From Hydrolagus affinis (Eukaryota), in NCBI GenBank assembly GCA_012026655.1, contig JAAILG010000025.1, positions 62,001 through 126,000 of the forward strand: a stretch of 64,000 nt of DNA. The letters run 5' to 3'. Shown in pieces: positions 12,875 through 26,558 of this stretch. The number at the start of each line of letters is the position of its first letter. Positions within the stretch are counted from its first letter, which is position 1. The position numbers and the translations under genes were made by a program. Below the pieces are notes generated by a model. That model searched no databases. It worked only from the letters and a program-made list of their open reading frames with translations, and was not told where the DNA came from.

Positions 12875-15569
12875 AGCGTGCAACGCTGAACGAAGAGAGG
12901 TACTGTTGACTGCTTCTGTTGAGATGAGTGTTGGTTCAAATAATATTTTTTTTTAAATGACAAATCTTTTACCCATCGTGAAAAAACATAGTTTATCACC
13001 TCCATCTTCAGTTTCCATGGTCTTGAGCTGTTCCATTTTGCTTTCTTTTGCTCCATGTAGTCAGGGACCTGATTTGCTTGCCTTTCCTGTTGGAATCCAT
13101 AGGTAGTGTTTTATGTGGCGTTTACGGTTACACATTCTGGAACTCTGACCAAACCCAAACATATTTTGCTTAACAATGCTTGACGGTAGTGGTTGGTGTC
13201 TCCTTTCCCCTCATCGCCTCATTCCTGCGGCCAGCACGGAGTCTTGTTGGAGTCACTTTCCACATCTGTGTTGCTAGCAGCTTTGTGGTGAGAGTCATTG
13301 TCTTGTGGTTCTTGAAACCCATCAAGCACAAGTGATTATTTTTTCTGCAGTTTTACAAAAACTATTGATTTTAATTTGATATATAGCGTTCGATCGCTTG
13401 AATCTCTCAGACTCTTATGTTCTACTCATACTGTATTAGTGCAGAATAGTCACGAGTCAATAGTCTTACTATTCATTGCAGCAAAAGTTTGATGTTGTCA
13501 GATATTGCCTACATTACAATTTATTTTATTAAAGCACGTTTCACGTTGGGAGGACGTCTAAAAGCATTTCGAACAGATTCTTTTATTTGTGGAAAAAAGT
13601 GGCAAATGTTATCACAAAGCCTGTTCATAATAATCCTGTGTACTGATGTCCTTCACTTGATGGAGGATGGAAAATGCTATAAAGAACAATGAATAGATTC
13701 ATGTGCACAAGTGTCTTCAAACACTGTGTTGGAATTCTTTTCTTGTATTTTTTCTGATTCCAAATCACAATGGAGTGCCAAAAATACATCAGTCAGTTAA
13801 ACACATTAGTTTCTTCAATTCCAGTAAGTGGTATGTTTTTATGTGTTGCATAGTTTGATTTTTAAAGGAAAGTTCATACTCAAAGAATAACGGGACCACA
13901 GTGTTTAAACGTTTATTATAAATATTGTATCTTCAATTCTGTCATTGCCAGTGGGATGGTGAACTATTTTCCAAGGAAAAGAGATGTAAATCTGCCCAAC
14001 CGCTGGGTTAACAATTCTCCTAGAGATGACAGCCTTTGGTATATAAATGGTAAAACTATGTATGCTTATAAAAAGCACTGAAGCATATTTTATAACTGGC
14101 ATAAATTGGAATGCTTGCGAAATTATTCGTCAGACGCACTCAAAAATATTCTTGTGTCGTAGTGTGGACTGAAATAACTCTTTCTGCAGCGATAATTGCC
14201 GGATCTGTTAAGGAACAATTCATTTCAATGAACCACCCTTTATAATTACAGCATGCATGTGAGTGTGTGTGTGTGTGGGGAGAAGGTGGTGGGGGTTGGG
14301 GGAGAGTTCACTGGCGATAATGGTTGACTGAAATACGTGCTATTTATCTTAAAAACGTCATTGCTGGGAATCTGCTGTGTCTGGAAGAGGGTGAGCTGAG
14401 CTGACATGCGTAACAGGTGTCTCAGAAAGCGGGCTGTGATGTGTTTGTGATTGAAGACTCTCCGTGGTCTTGGGTTCAAATCCCGAATCATAGAAGCAGA
14501 TATGAATGTCTGACTGACGATAGACTTATGTCTTAATGTCACTTAAAAAATTTACCACCCAGTCACAATGCAAGGGTGTGGGTGGGAGAATGTTTATACA
14601 ATAACAGCTAAAGTTCTTCCATCTGCAGGTGGCTAAGATGCTATTTTAATGTACTGCACAAAATGATATAGATTAGCTATAATTGTGATTTTACCATTGC
14701 CCACATACAACACTGATGCAGGGTAAAAGCTTTCAACAATAATACTTGTAGTCGCCTTGGGAACATGTGATGAGTTTGTTGGTTTTGTCTGAGTGATAGA
14801 TGCTATATAAATGCAAATCTTTGGAGTTGGTATTGCTGTTTGTAGAAGAGTTATCTTATTTCCTTATCAAATCCTGTTTGTAGTCCCATTCCTTCCTTGT
14901 ACCTATTTGTGGTCTTAAGAAAAATTCTGTACCGCTGTTTCACTTTCATCTCAAAGCTTAATCATATTTGCTGGCCATGAAATATATCCTTGGACCCCCT
15001 GTCTGTCAGTTGTCTATTTTTCTCCCTGGGATGTGTTAGCCACTGCTCATAAAATCTTTCCTCAGCGTGTGTGTAAAATTTAATGATTGCGTTTTTTTTT
15101 GACATTTAACAATTGTTGGTATTGACATTTATAGAGAACAAAGCTCCTCTTGTCATTTTTCTATGCGCAACTATGACTCCCATCTTGACACTAACCTTTT
15201 AAGTTTCCATCCTGCCTGCAGACACTCGACGATGCAGGTTGTCAATGTCTCTGACATTTATAAATTAGTTTTTTTTTAAAAAAAGGAAATTAAGCATCGG
15301 TCACGTACCGTGCATTTTTTCTGAAAATAACACTGCAAAAAAAAGAAAACGCCTGCTAAGAGGAGCATTTCAGAAAAGGAGAATCTGGAACCTCTTGTCT
15401 GAAATTATTTTTTCCAGTGCAGTACAGGAAAAAATGTAGCAAAGTTAGCGTAGTATTGAATTACATGTCGGGGTTGCGCTACATCAGTATTCTCAATCTT
15501 CAGATGTATTTTATCCACACCTCAGGGACTTGTGGTTATGGTTCTTCCAGTTTGGGCTGTCTTCAATTG

Positions 15570-15676
15570 TTCCAGGCCCTGGTGCTTTGGAGCTAGGAAG
15601 GGGGAAAAAATCAGCTAAGATTCCCTCTCGTGATCTCTGTTCCGTGATTCTCACTAGAAAGTATTTGTGCGTGGAT
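15570..15676 (+). mobile_element. Ancient SINE body relic (same tentative family)
   Basis: GCTAGGAAGGGGGAAAAAATCAGCTAAGATTCC...CTAGAAAGT...GTGCGTGGA. Confidence 0.45.
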
Positions 15677-16150
15677 AACAACAACAATAACACGAACAAA
15701 ATTACACTTGAATAGATGTCAGGAGGATGTCACAAGGCGCTGGACAGTCAATGTTTCAGACTTGAGCTGGGGACAGGGAGGGTGGAGGGAAAGGGAGGGA
15801 TTTGGAGTGGCCAATGGGACCGTCGAAGGGTAGGGTCTTGAGGCGGGACGGAATTCCAGAGGTTGAGGGCAGAGTGCCGAATGGGTCAGGGGACATGAAG
15901 CAGGCCGGACCCTGCTGAGTGGAGGGGGCGGGCAGGTTGGTAAAGAGTTAGGAGGTCATGAATGTAGGGTAGGGTGAGGCCATGGAAGGCTTTGAATGTG
16001 AGGACCAGGATCTGGATCCTGGATCCTCTGGATGATGCAGGGTAAAAGCTTTCAACAGCTTTTACCCTGCATCCTCTGGATGATGGGGAGCCAATGGAGT
16101 TGGGCGAGGGTGGGAGAGACGGACTCACGAAGCTTGGAGTGGTGGATAAT
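15677..16150 (-). mobile_element. L2 LINE 3' fragment carrying a small insertion
   Basis: LAQLHWLPIIQR...IQILVLTFKAFHGLTLPYIHDLL...[10 protein letters not shown]; 3' UTR matches the 5004-5337 copy; (AAC)n tail at left. Confidence 0.85.
16023..16085. repeat. 17-bp hairpin flanked by a 15-bp direct repeat
   Basis: GATGCAGGGTAAAAGCT-TTCAAC-AGCTTTTACCCTGCATC (16034-16073); ATCCTCTGGATGATG at 16023-16037 and 16071-16085. Confidence 0.9.
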
Positions 16151-18476
16151 GGATAATGGATGAGAACAGAATCCCTGTTTGGGGCGAGGTTGAAGAGGCA
16201 GTTGGTACTGATGTCCTGCCGTGTAGTGGCTGGTGGGTTTTAAGCATGTAAAACCCTCCCTATCTTTACACAATATTAACTTGGGTCTCTGAGGTGTAGC
16301 CAGAGTGTTTCAATATCTTCTGCCCAGTCAACCCATTTATAGTTAAAGCAACTTTCTGCAAAAAAAAAGCCAGGTTGTGTAATTGAGCATATCATTTTAT
16401 AGCTTTCGATATGTACTGTGGTAGAGTTCCTCTTTGGACACGAGTGAATTAGCCTTAAAAAGCCATCGCGGGGCACCCTGAGAGCTGGTTTTATTTCTCT
16501 GCTCCTTGGAGTAGTTCCACACTTGTACCTTTCTTGCCTGGCTTTTTAACAGCTCAGCAGAACTGTCTCGTTTGTTGGTGCACTTCTTCGAGGAGAAGAA
16601 TTGCTATATATGGAAATGTACAGCTTTTGTTTTTCTTTTTTTAAAAAAAGAAGAAAAGTAAATCCATCACCCAGCTACACTCTCCGAAAATATTGACAGT
16701 TAATGGGCCACTCTTTCAACACTTGTGTTTAAATTTCGACATCGTAGTTTACATCTACCATTTTATTGCCGCAGTTTCTCCTTTGCAAAGTGCTACTCGC
16801 TTAAATCATGCGATGAGTTCAACAGAGGTTGGAAGAAACATGGCAAAGTATCAACAGACTATATACTGTGCAGTGGGAGCCCCAACTCCACAAAGACTGC
16901 AAGTGGTTTAAAGGGAAGGTGATTTGCTTCATGGTTGAAGAGCCGGTTCATTTTGATGTTGGGCTCATTTGTGAAGATTGGTCACTTGGTCAGATTGTGG
17001 ACCTCTGCAATTAGCCCAATTTTGTTTTCAGCGGTGATCATTATTGTACTGTAGCGAGCGTTTTGCCCTACGAACTACTCAGGGCAAATGCCAGTGTAGC
17101 CTAATAGTCCTGAGACAAAGTAAACAAAATTACCAACGAGGAACCGTGGGAGCAACATTGATTTGTAATTGAATGTGAAATCTCATTATTCATTTTAATA
17201 AGAGGAACACCATTAGAATTTTACTTGTTTCTTTTGTATTATTTATGGAATGATTTAAAAAAAACTTGGCCAAACGTTTATGTTTGTGCGATTAAAATAC
17301 ATTTGGTTGAAGAAAATACAGGAGTCAAATTATGTCAAGCTGACTATCCACCCCCCACTCCCCCCACCCCTCCACTCCACTCCAACTGCAAAGCCTTGAA
17401 TCTTCAAGAATGAAGTGATTCTTAAGAAGAGCAACATGTTTGCTTTCATTTGATTGTGGAGGATCCCAACAGAGCACTTAATTTGTGTGCACATCACGAC
17501 ATTTCCTTCTGGATGTTTTGATGGTGCTTTTCCTGCAAGGCATAGTTAAACAGTCTCGCTTGACTTGTTCGACCAAACACCGGGACCCTCAGGCTCAATT
17601 CAGATTTTGATTGAATGCTGCCAAAGTGGCCACTAGTCTGGAGACACCGTCGGAGAGCTTTAGTCTACACTGGGGGGGAAATACCGCCCCATCTCAAATT
17701 ATCCCAACGGGGCTGGAGTTTCGCAACTTAGCAGAGCCTTCAGGGAAGTCGGTACGCAGAGCTTGAAAGGTTCCCAGGAGGGAATAGAAATCTGAGGGCA
17801 ATTAAACCAAGGCTGTTCTCACACGCTTCACTTGCAGCTAGATCAAGAGCTCTTTACCAGGAGCCTGGGAAACCCAGGTTACCTGCTTGACCTGATAATC
17901 GGAGCAAAGGCATCGGGTGAGGTGAAACAAAATTAAAGGGGGTGGTGGGGAGGGGGGTGGTGGAAAGGTTACAACTCCGGCTTCTGGGTGGTCGAGGCAA
18001 GAATGGTTTCAATAACCTTGTTTAGTCCGATCTTCTTTTAAGACGGTTGGCTTGTAAATTTCTCTGCATTTGAATCAGACTTTCAAAATCCTTTCTTTGT
18101 TTATGTAACTTCTGCCATCCAATGTGGCTCTGGCAACCGATCCACATACTTCTGGCTGACTGGCCTCTCTAAAGAGGGACTCCTGGCAGAGTGTTAGTTC
18201 TGGGATTTGCACGGTTTTTCCATTCCTACTAAAATGCCTGAGATACTTCAGTATACATAGAAAATTAAAAGGAACAAAATTGTTCAACTATCAAGCGAGG
18301 AGCGAAAGCACTTGTTTCGGCTGTGATTGTAAAGATCCGACCGAGACAAGGAAGAAATATTCTCACAGTATATTGTGCAAGGAAACTTCTTGACGCCCGT
18401 AGTCTCTACAATAATCACCTGTGAAGCTCTTTGAGACATTTCAACAATAACAATAAATGGACATTTATACATTTAT

Positions 18477-18670
18477 ATAATAATAATCCTTGAATTTGAT
18501 ATAGCGCCTTATTAGGTCGTCGAGATGTCTCAAAGCGTTTCACAGGATAAACTGTAAAGTGAAATGACTGTATTTTGTGAGTGAAATGCTGCAGCTAGTA
18601 GCACATAGCAATGTCCCACAAAACAACCGTGGAGTGAGTGACCAATTTTATTTGGGGGATTGTTGGCCAG
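18477..18670 (-). mobile_element. SINE 3' fragment
   Basis: AATAATCCTTGAATTTGATATAGCGCC...GTCCCACAAAAC...GACCAATTTTA. Confidence 0.8.
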
Positions 18671-19104
18671 GACCTCGATTGTAAGGTTTTAACAATAATC
18701 TTACAGGTGTATGTATTGCTCCATTCACACTGGGAGGATATCTCAAGGCCCAATTTCAACATAATAGCTAGTTGATCAAACACAAGGATCATGATCATAA
18801 TAATTATTATGCGTGCAGTAGGAGGCTTTAGATGTAAAAATGCACGTTTATTTTAATGGGAAGATTACTGCTGACATAAAGATGTGCATAGAATGTACTG
18901 ATACCTTGCATTGTTCTCCCAGATGCTGTGTTAGCAAAAATCAAGCGGCTGCAGCAATCTGTAAACCAAGAGTAATTTGTGTCAGCAAAGTACAGCATTT
19001 CAATTGTTGTTGAAATCACAGCTCTTTACACTCGTGCAAAACCATTACATTTTGACCATCCCGAAGACTCGGTGTGTCATGTCACTGCGTTGTACTACAA
19101 CAAG

Positions 19105-19325
19105 CAGGTTAGTGATGGACTTGCTGATCTCCTTCAGATTGGCAGTAGAGTTGCTCGTGAGATGGGGGAATAAGCCAGGTCCCCAACTCTGTGGGGAAAA
19201 ATGCCTGCCTACGGGGATCGGTTAACGACAGGATCAGGCTTGGCTTTGTTACTTTCCATGTTTAATAGACTGACGACTCAGTGATTTAGACTCACACAAG
19301 AAGATTGGTCACTGGGGGACAAGGG
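19105..19325 (+). mobile_element. Ancient SINE body relic (same tentative family)
   Basis: GCTGATCTC...GGGGGAATAAGCCAGG...GACAGGATCAGGCTTGGCT...AGACTCACACAAGAAGATTGGTCAC; cross-matches the relics at ~54.1 kb and ~60.4 kb. Confidence 0.45.
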
Positions 19326-21552
19326 CATTTGACATACATGGAACTAACTGCTCGAACTCTACATTCACAACATCCCATGTGTCTGCTCTGAGGGGAGATG
19401 TTGGTGGAGTTTGAAATGCTCAGCTCAGTTGTCCACATCTAGGAGCCATTTCTGTTCAGAGTTGTACAGTGCTGAATGTTAATTAAAATCGCTGGGATGT
19501 CCAAATGTGGCTTTTTTTTTTGTTTCTTTAACGAAAGCGGATCTTATTAAAACTGGCCAAGATCATCAGTTGCATCTTAGACTATAAAGAATCCCCAGTG
19601 TTGTCAGTCCCTTCTGGAAAAAGTTTAAGCTTATTGAATTTGTCTTTCATTAAAAATTAGCTTCTAATTTGCCAATCCAAGATGATTGTCTGCCCGAAAT
19701 TATTAGCTCAAACGACGTCTGGAGAATCCCTGTAAATAGGAGCTGCTCAATCGCCTGTTAGTGAGCTAAAATTAGAAATATAGTCACTATCTAATAGGCA
19801 GAAGCCCACTGGCTCAAAAGTAATCAATGGTTGACATACAATCAATGAAGAAACCTGTTCGGAGGCTTTGAGACAGTTCTTGAAATGAAGCAGCCGTTGT
19901 GTGTGGGTTGTTAAATCTGCCAAGTGGATATTTTTCTTTCTCCCCTGGGTGGCAGGAGAGAATGGGCAGCTGTGGGTAGTGGCTGCCAACAACCAAACAA
20001 ATCATTTCTGGGAATCTATGAAATAAAGGCACGGTGGCATATAAGGAAATTTCCATGCGAGGCTCGGTTCATGGAACAACCCACTGGGATCACATTGCTC
20101 TACAGACACTGTTGCTCATTAGTGAGATTTTGTCTTGTTGTAATTGCCCCATTTGCTTCGGCTTGAACTTGTTCAGTGCAGTCTTTTAAGCGTTTTTTTT
20201 TCACCTCTTCGGGGAAAAATAAATCAACTCATCAATTGCACCAGCATTCTCTGTGTTCAACGATGGCACAGTATGTTGGGAGACACTGAGGCTATTCAAT
20301 GCTTTAAAATTGACTGACTGCTTGCAATATGGTTTCGATGACCCATTGAAAATAACCATTTGGAACTCAAAAGGAGCACTGCAGTCACTTTACCTTGTTG
20401 GCCATTCGAGAAATGGACTCTTGAATGTCTCGCAGACGCTCTCTTTGTAACGCAAGAACGTCTCCCTCCATTCCAATCAAACCAAGTCCGAGGGGTTCAA
20501 TGTCTACTCTTGACTGCCTTACGCTCAAAGTGAAATGATGATCTCGATCCACTTTGCAGCAAGAAGTAGTGCAATATTACACCAATGTTAATATTTTTGC
20601 CCCCAAATCACTTCAGCCCCCCCCCCCCAGTGTTCTTCCATTTACGAGTTCCATTTTCTCCCTGAAATGGAGGCAGTAGACATACTGATCTGCAGGTTTC
20701 TCCCACTTTGGGAGACATCTCCGCATCTGCTGTCAGGCCAGCCCGGCGTTGGCCAACAGGAGGCATATTTGTCTGTTAATGAAAACAAAGTGTTGTAATA
20801 CAAAGAACGTTGACCAGGTCTTCAAGGGTATAATCATATAATCGTAACTTAGATGTGTCTGAGTCATGTGGGAATCTGCTGGCATTTAATTTCTGATTCT
20901 CATCAATCTCTTTGGAAATATCGTCCTAAAATAAACCCCTTTTTGAATAAATAATGAAATCGGTTATTGACCCTGCATGAAACTTGTGGATTTTAGCAGC
21001 CATATTTTATTAAAACCAAGCTCTGCGATGTGGTCCGAGATATCGTTTCTCGGTGATTCAAAGCAGGATTCTGTTCTTCCTCTCTGGATTAAGTTGATGA
21101 ATTATTAACAGGAGCTCTCTGTACTGTACTTATCTTTAAATTAATATGCAGTAAATGGTGTTTAGCAAGCACTTGTACAAGGAACATTTGATAGATCTAT
21201 TGTAAAGAACACATCATATTCACGCAATGCCTTTAATTGTCTGTTGGAACAGTTGACAAATCAGAGATATCACATGGATAATTGATCCTTAAAGGTGCTG
21301 AAGAAGTTGGGTAAACTATGCAACAACGAAGGCAGTTTCCATAGTGACAGTATCTAAGTGCACACACAGCCTCAGAGAACTTGACAGGTTTTTTTTCTGG
21401 AAGGTGTGACGTCAGCGTTCAGTGGAGGCAATTAAGAAATCTGCTTTTCTCCAACTGCCCTTACTGAATTAATAAATTGCCGGTGAATATATTGCTTCAG
21501 GCAATTGCTTCCGTTAACCTGAAGTTTTGAAAGAATATCATATACAGTACTA

Positions 21553-21637
21553 CTAATAATAATCCTTGCATTTGATTTACAGTAGCGCTCAGTAGCGCTA
21601 GGCGAGTGCTCTAATCACTGAACTACAGGAGCTCCAC
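21553..21637 (-). mobile_element. Internally deleted tRNA-SINE (tail fused to head)
   Basis: AATAATAATCCTTGCATTTGAT, then filler, then GGCGAGTGCTCTAATCACTGAACTACAGGA. Confidence 0.8.
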
Positions 21638-23627
21638 AGTGGTTGGTAAGCTTCACTGATGGAGCTCCTTTTACAACAGCATCAACAAATTGCATTTATA
21701 CAATGTCAGGAGCATGTCCCAAGGTGCTGGACAGCCAAGGATTTACTAAGTCCATTTTGTCACATCAAAATATATTTGTTCTGCTCTGTTGGGTTACAAA
21801 TGTGTCAACATTATCGTAGTTTCCTAGTTTCTAATCCTTTATCAAAGGTATCCTCTCTCACTTTATCACCAATAGACTTTATTGTGTTAAACTGTTCCTG
21901 TTTTGTGAAGTAAATCAAGTGTTAAACTCTCAGCTGGGAAACGCAAATTGGAATATGAATTGATAATCTCAATTAGGTTTCCAACCTCTTTTTAAAGTTT
22001 TAAAAAATCTCTAGTATGTCTTATCATGGTCAATTTCCTGGCACTTGTTTTAATCTAAGTGCCTTCTAAACATTTATAGACAAACTATTTATAGACAAAC
22101 TGCAGCAGATGAATGCAAATTGTTTTCGGTGTTGCTGCCGTTTTCTTTCCTTTAATCCTAACAGTATCAAGTATTTTAAAACCTTCTTATATTTATAATA
22201 AGCAGATCACTAAATCTCAAACCTAAGGCTGCTTATTTTTTTTAGGACAACAAGTAGATCCTTTCATTGAAACCCAATGTTTGGATGTTCACTCGCTTAA
22301 ATTATGCCCCCGGTTTCCTGACTTCACATGCGCTGTTGCTCGAGCTGATAACATGAGCCGAATAGATAATATGCGGGAACATGGTTTACATATCACTCCA
22401 CCATCCCTTTAAGAACACATTTGGAGACATTCATGCAGGATTATCAAATCCATTTGAACATTTTGGTTTAATAAAACAAATCCATTACTTGTCAGAATAT
22501 GAGAAGTTGAGGATTTGCTTCATGATGTGCTGCTCTGACGACTGCAGCCATCAGGATTATAAAGATTATGTTCGAATAAGTAGTTGGAGATTAAAGTGTG
22601 AACTTGATTTAAACATAGAAACTCAGAGATGGAACCTGGGTGCTCTCGTGCAGCTCTTCGATATAGTCGTGTTGTTTGGTTTCCTCATTTCTTAATGTTT
22701 CTCCATCTTTAGCGTGTCTCCTGATGCCATTCTCTCCAGCTTGCATATTTTTAACAATGAAAATTGTTTTGGGTTGCTTAAAAATATTAATAATATTAAT
22801 TCATAAGTTTATTTTGCTCCTTCTCCCCCACCTCCTCCCCCACCCCACCCCACCCCAAAAAAGCTACTTTTTACAGAATATTTTGTGATGGGACTGGAGA
22901 GTTTTGATGGATGACTGTTCACATTTAAATAAGCTCAAATAAACCATTTTATTTTTGATCTCTTCATAAATATTTTATCGGCTTTTGAGATTCAGATATA
23001 AGAAGAATTTCATAGGGGCCCCCTTAATATACTGTATCTTGAATTGATGAAGTGCTTCTTGCTCAGAAGTCTCCCTATCTATATGCCACGGAGCTGTTAT
23101 GTGAGATAGATGATGCTGCACCGATGAGAATGTTGTGTAAGGGAAATTTTAGGCATTGATTTCTGCCATTTGTCTTGATCGTTGAGTTATCTGAGGTCTG
23201 AAAGTATTATTTATTGTGAAGGCCTGATGCTACAAAGGCAGTTACTGGAATAGCTTATCGTGTTCCCTTCTTGTATGTTTGCTTCTCTTGGTCTGTTTCG
23301 AACAGTTTTCATACTCCCCTGACTGTGCAGTTCAACCGATCAATTTCACACATCATCTTTCCGTTGACTCCCACCCACATGTCTTTTGTGCAGTCATGGG
23401 GGGAATAAAGTGGCTCCTTTCTTCTTGACGAGCAACTGTGCATATCCAGAAATTAACATTGATAATTCTGAAATGTTGACACCTTGCAGAGATGCACGGT
23501 GGTTAGACTTTGATGTTCATCGTATAATTTGCACAACCTGCTCATATTCAATTTCTTCTTTCTGTGTACAATGCGGATAATGTTTTTTTTAAAAGTTGCA
23601 TTGAATCACTGGAAACGTCATCTTTTA

Positions 23628-23918
23628 GTAATAATAATCCTTGCATTTGATATAGAGGTTTCACGTCTTCCAGACGTCTGAAAGCGCTTCACAGAATATA
23701 CTGTAAAGTGAATTGACTGTATATTTGTGGCCGATTGCACACAGCTGTGTGACACAGACAGTCTTGAAATGACCAATTCATTATTGTTTTTTTTTCTTGA
23801 GGGATTATTATCAAGCCTGTGGAGTAAGGAAACTCGCCCAAGATTTCTCCCTGCCTGGAGTCAAACCCAGGCCTCTCTCTTGCAGGCAAGTGCTCTAACC
23901 ACTGAGCCACAGGACACC
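23628..23918 (-). mobile_element. Full-length tRNA-SINE copy (variant head)
   Basis: AATAATCCTTGCATTTGATAT ... GTGCTCTAACCACTGAGCCACAGGAC. Confidence 0.88.
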
Positions 23919-26485
23919 ACACAGAACTCTTATCACATTCTGAAGTTTATTTTTCTTCTTCTTCTTTGAAACCACAAATCCTCCCAACAGAGAAAACACC
24001 CGCTGTCTTCCTGTTGCTCCCAGCCAACATTATTACCCTTATGTTTGATCAGGTATTATTATCCTTTATCACGTTGTTGAGAATCTCAAAACACTCACAG
24101 GATATACTGCAAAGTGGATTGGCTGTATTTTGCAGGCGAATATGTTGAGAATTGTTGGCAGGTGATGGCATGATGATTGCATGATGTATTGCTTCATCCT
24201 GCTGCTGATTCACTTTTGCATGCAGATAAGAATCCTGACTATATATTTCGGATGGAACACACACACACTTGGTAGATGGACTATTACATTCTGTGCATAT
24301 TGCATTGCTTCACACCATACAGATCAACAGGGAAATTGGTATAGTGCGTGGTATGGGAATGAAAACCCATGTCTTAAAGTAATTAGTGTTACCATACTAT
24401 TCACAAGGAGGCACCTTAGGTGTATGATACCTAGGATGATTTTGACCGATAAGCTATCAAGTATACTTACTTGGCAACTCTTTTCCTTTTCAGGCAAAAA
24501 GATGGAGATACTTTTATTGTGAGTTCTTGCCTGCTTTGATGTACGTTTGTCCTATTAACAAATTTATGATACAGTAAACTGAAGCTGATAATAGCCAAGC
24601 TATTATTGTGGAATATATCTTGCGTTTTAATTCAACAGTGAATATGAAATAGCTTCACTACTCTTGTAACCATTTCTTAATGCCCCATAAATCAATCACA
24701 GGACTGTAACTGACTCCAGACTATCGAAGCCTAAGGCAACGTGAGAAACACTGCAGATCAGCTTGGAATATCAAACACTAATTGATTAAACTGAGGAATG
24801 TCAGAACGTATCACAAGCCTGTACATTCAAGAGGGTTCAAAAGCGTTGGGATGTGAATAGTTATGAATGTTTTATAGCTGTATAAAAATAGAATAGAAGC
24901 TAAATGGGGGTAATTGTGTTGCAAATTCTCGAGATGAATTAGATGAAGACAAATGAGCATGCGTTTTTGTTGTTTTTCTGTTTCTTGTTGATCAGTGGTA
25001 CCATTGTTAAACAGTGGTGAATTACAACTTTTGAATGCCACTGCTCACGAGTAAAATGATACAAAATGAATGTTCATCACGCATAACGTCTGCGGGATTG
25101 CGCCTACATTATCACGGTTGCAATTATTTTGCATTATTGTAACAGTAAAAATCATGTTTCATTATCGTAACAATTCCGTCAGACAGTTGTATTCGCGGAG
25201 TGTAAATACCGGCATATAGGCCAAGTTGGGACAAATTGCATGTTTCCACGCAGTGACATTCTACATGATCCTTTGTAGTACAAGAATGGTATGAATGTGC
25301 ATTGTAGGCACTTCCAAGGGCGCTTTTCAAATTGCTGAGTTTGTGGCGATAACTTGGCCGAGCTGAATTTGAAAGCTTACGATGAAAATAGGATGAAAAT
25401 GGTTTCAGGGAATGCACAAAAGATTAATGGCCAGTGGGCAGTGTAGCCGTAGATGTGGCAAAGGCAGCTGTCTTCCCATAACTGTTGAACGTCTCTGTAT
25501 TTTTCAGCTAATGTAAGTCATAGCTAAAATTGAGTGTGCAGCAGCCACTTAAGGGTTTGGACTTGAGTACTTTAGGAGTGGATAATTGTTCAGTATTTCC
25601 ATTGTTGCCTATGATAGAGTAGAGCCTTGTTAAATCCCTTTAGAAAGTGAAAGAATTGTTCTTCAAGAGCTGTGTCCTTTTTTTATAATATATATATACC
25701 GTACCAAAACTTTTTATGCAAAAGTTACGACTGGAATACTCCGCATCAGCATATTTCTAGCAGAAGAGTCAATTTGTGCAATATCTTTGGCCAACCGTGG
25801 TGTTTTAGATGGAAATCTAGACTAAGGCGGTGCCTCTCAATCGATATTACAGCTGCAAAGTAAAAAAAAAAGTGACTCTGGCAACATTAGTGAAAGGTTA
25901 ATGTCTATAAGACTGTGTGGGTCTGGATTTTTACCATTTTGCAATTGCTATCTCGCATTATCCACTTCAACAGCTCAGTGTTTTGCCTTTGCTCATCCAT
26001 CATGGAGGCTTCAGTGCCACAATTTGCTCGCATTTAGGTTATATTTAATGTCCTCAAATTCTGCTTTGCGCTTTATCAAATCCATTATTGTGGGAGAATG
26101 AAATGTCCATTAGGGCATTGCAAAAATAACTGGGCCCACCTGTCTCACTGCTGCAGCGGGTAATGATGTATCCACGCTTTTAAAATCGTGCCCAAGGCAA
26201 AACCCAGAAAGGTGTGCTGCAATAGAAGGAGAAAAACAATGTTCTTCTGAGGTACTGTACTTGATGGAGAATATTTAACAGCAGAGGTTCATTACATACT
26301 ATAAATATTAAACATGAGACGTGATGGCGTGAATTACACAAGCAGAAGTTGAATATTTACTATTATTCAATTTATTTTCCTCAGCGTGGATAAATACCCT
26401 ACAGACTACCAGCACATGTATTTGCTTACCATGTTGATGGTATGAGCAAATGGTGGTTTATTATGTGCCTTCATTATATTTATTA

Positions 26486-26558
26486 TGCGCAGGGCCTTAG
26501 GATGTCCTCCCGACGTGTGAAAGGCGCTATCCAAATGTCATTTTGCTTTTGCCGTTGT
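26486..26558 (+). mobile_element. Isolated L2-type 3' tail
   Basis: GGATGTCCTCCCGACGTGTGAAAGGCGCTATCCAAATGTCATTTTG; related tails at ~5390 (-), 13530 (-) and 60745 (+). Confidence 0.7.

Noticed and set aside
22070-22102. Short tandem duplications and mini-hairpins (also 57168-57197 and 12202-12225)
   Set aside because: Ordinary slippage or snap-back products with no evidence of function.
24990-25420. Locally CpG-richer patches (also ~17.6-17.9, 32.2-32.5 and 38.2-38.6 kb) as DNA-transposon remnants
   Set aside because: I could not define terminal repeats, TSDs or a second copy; a repeat-library search is needed.
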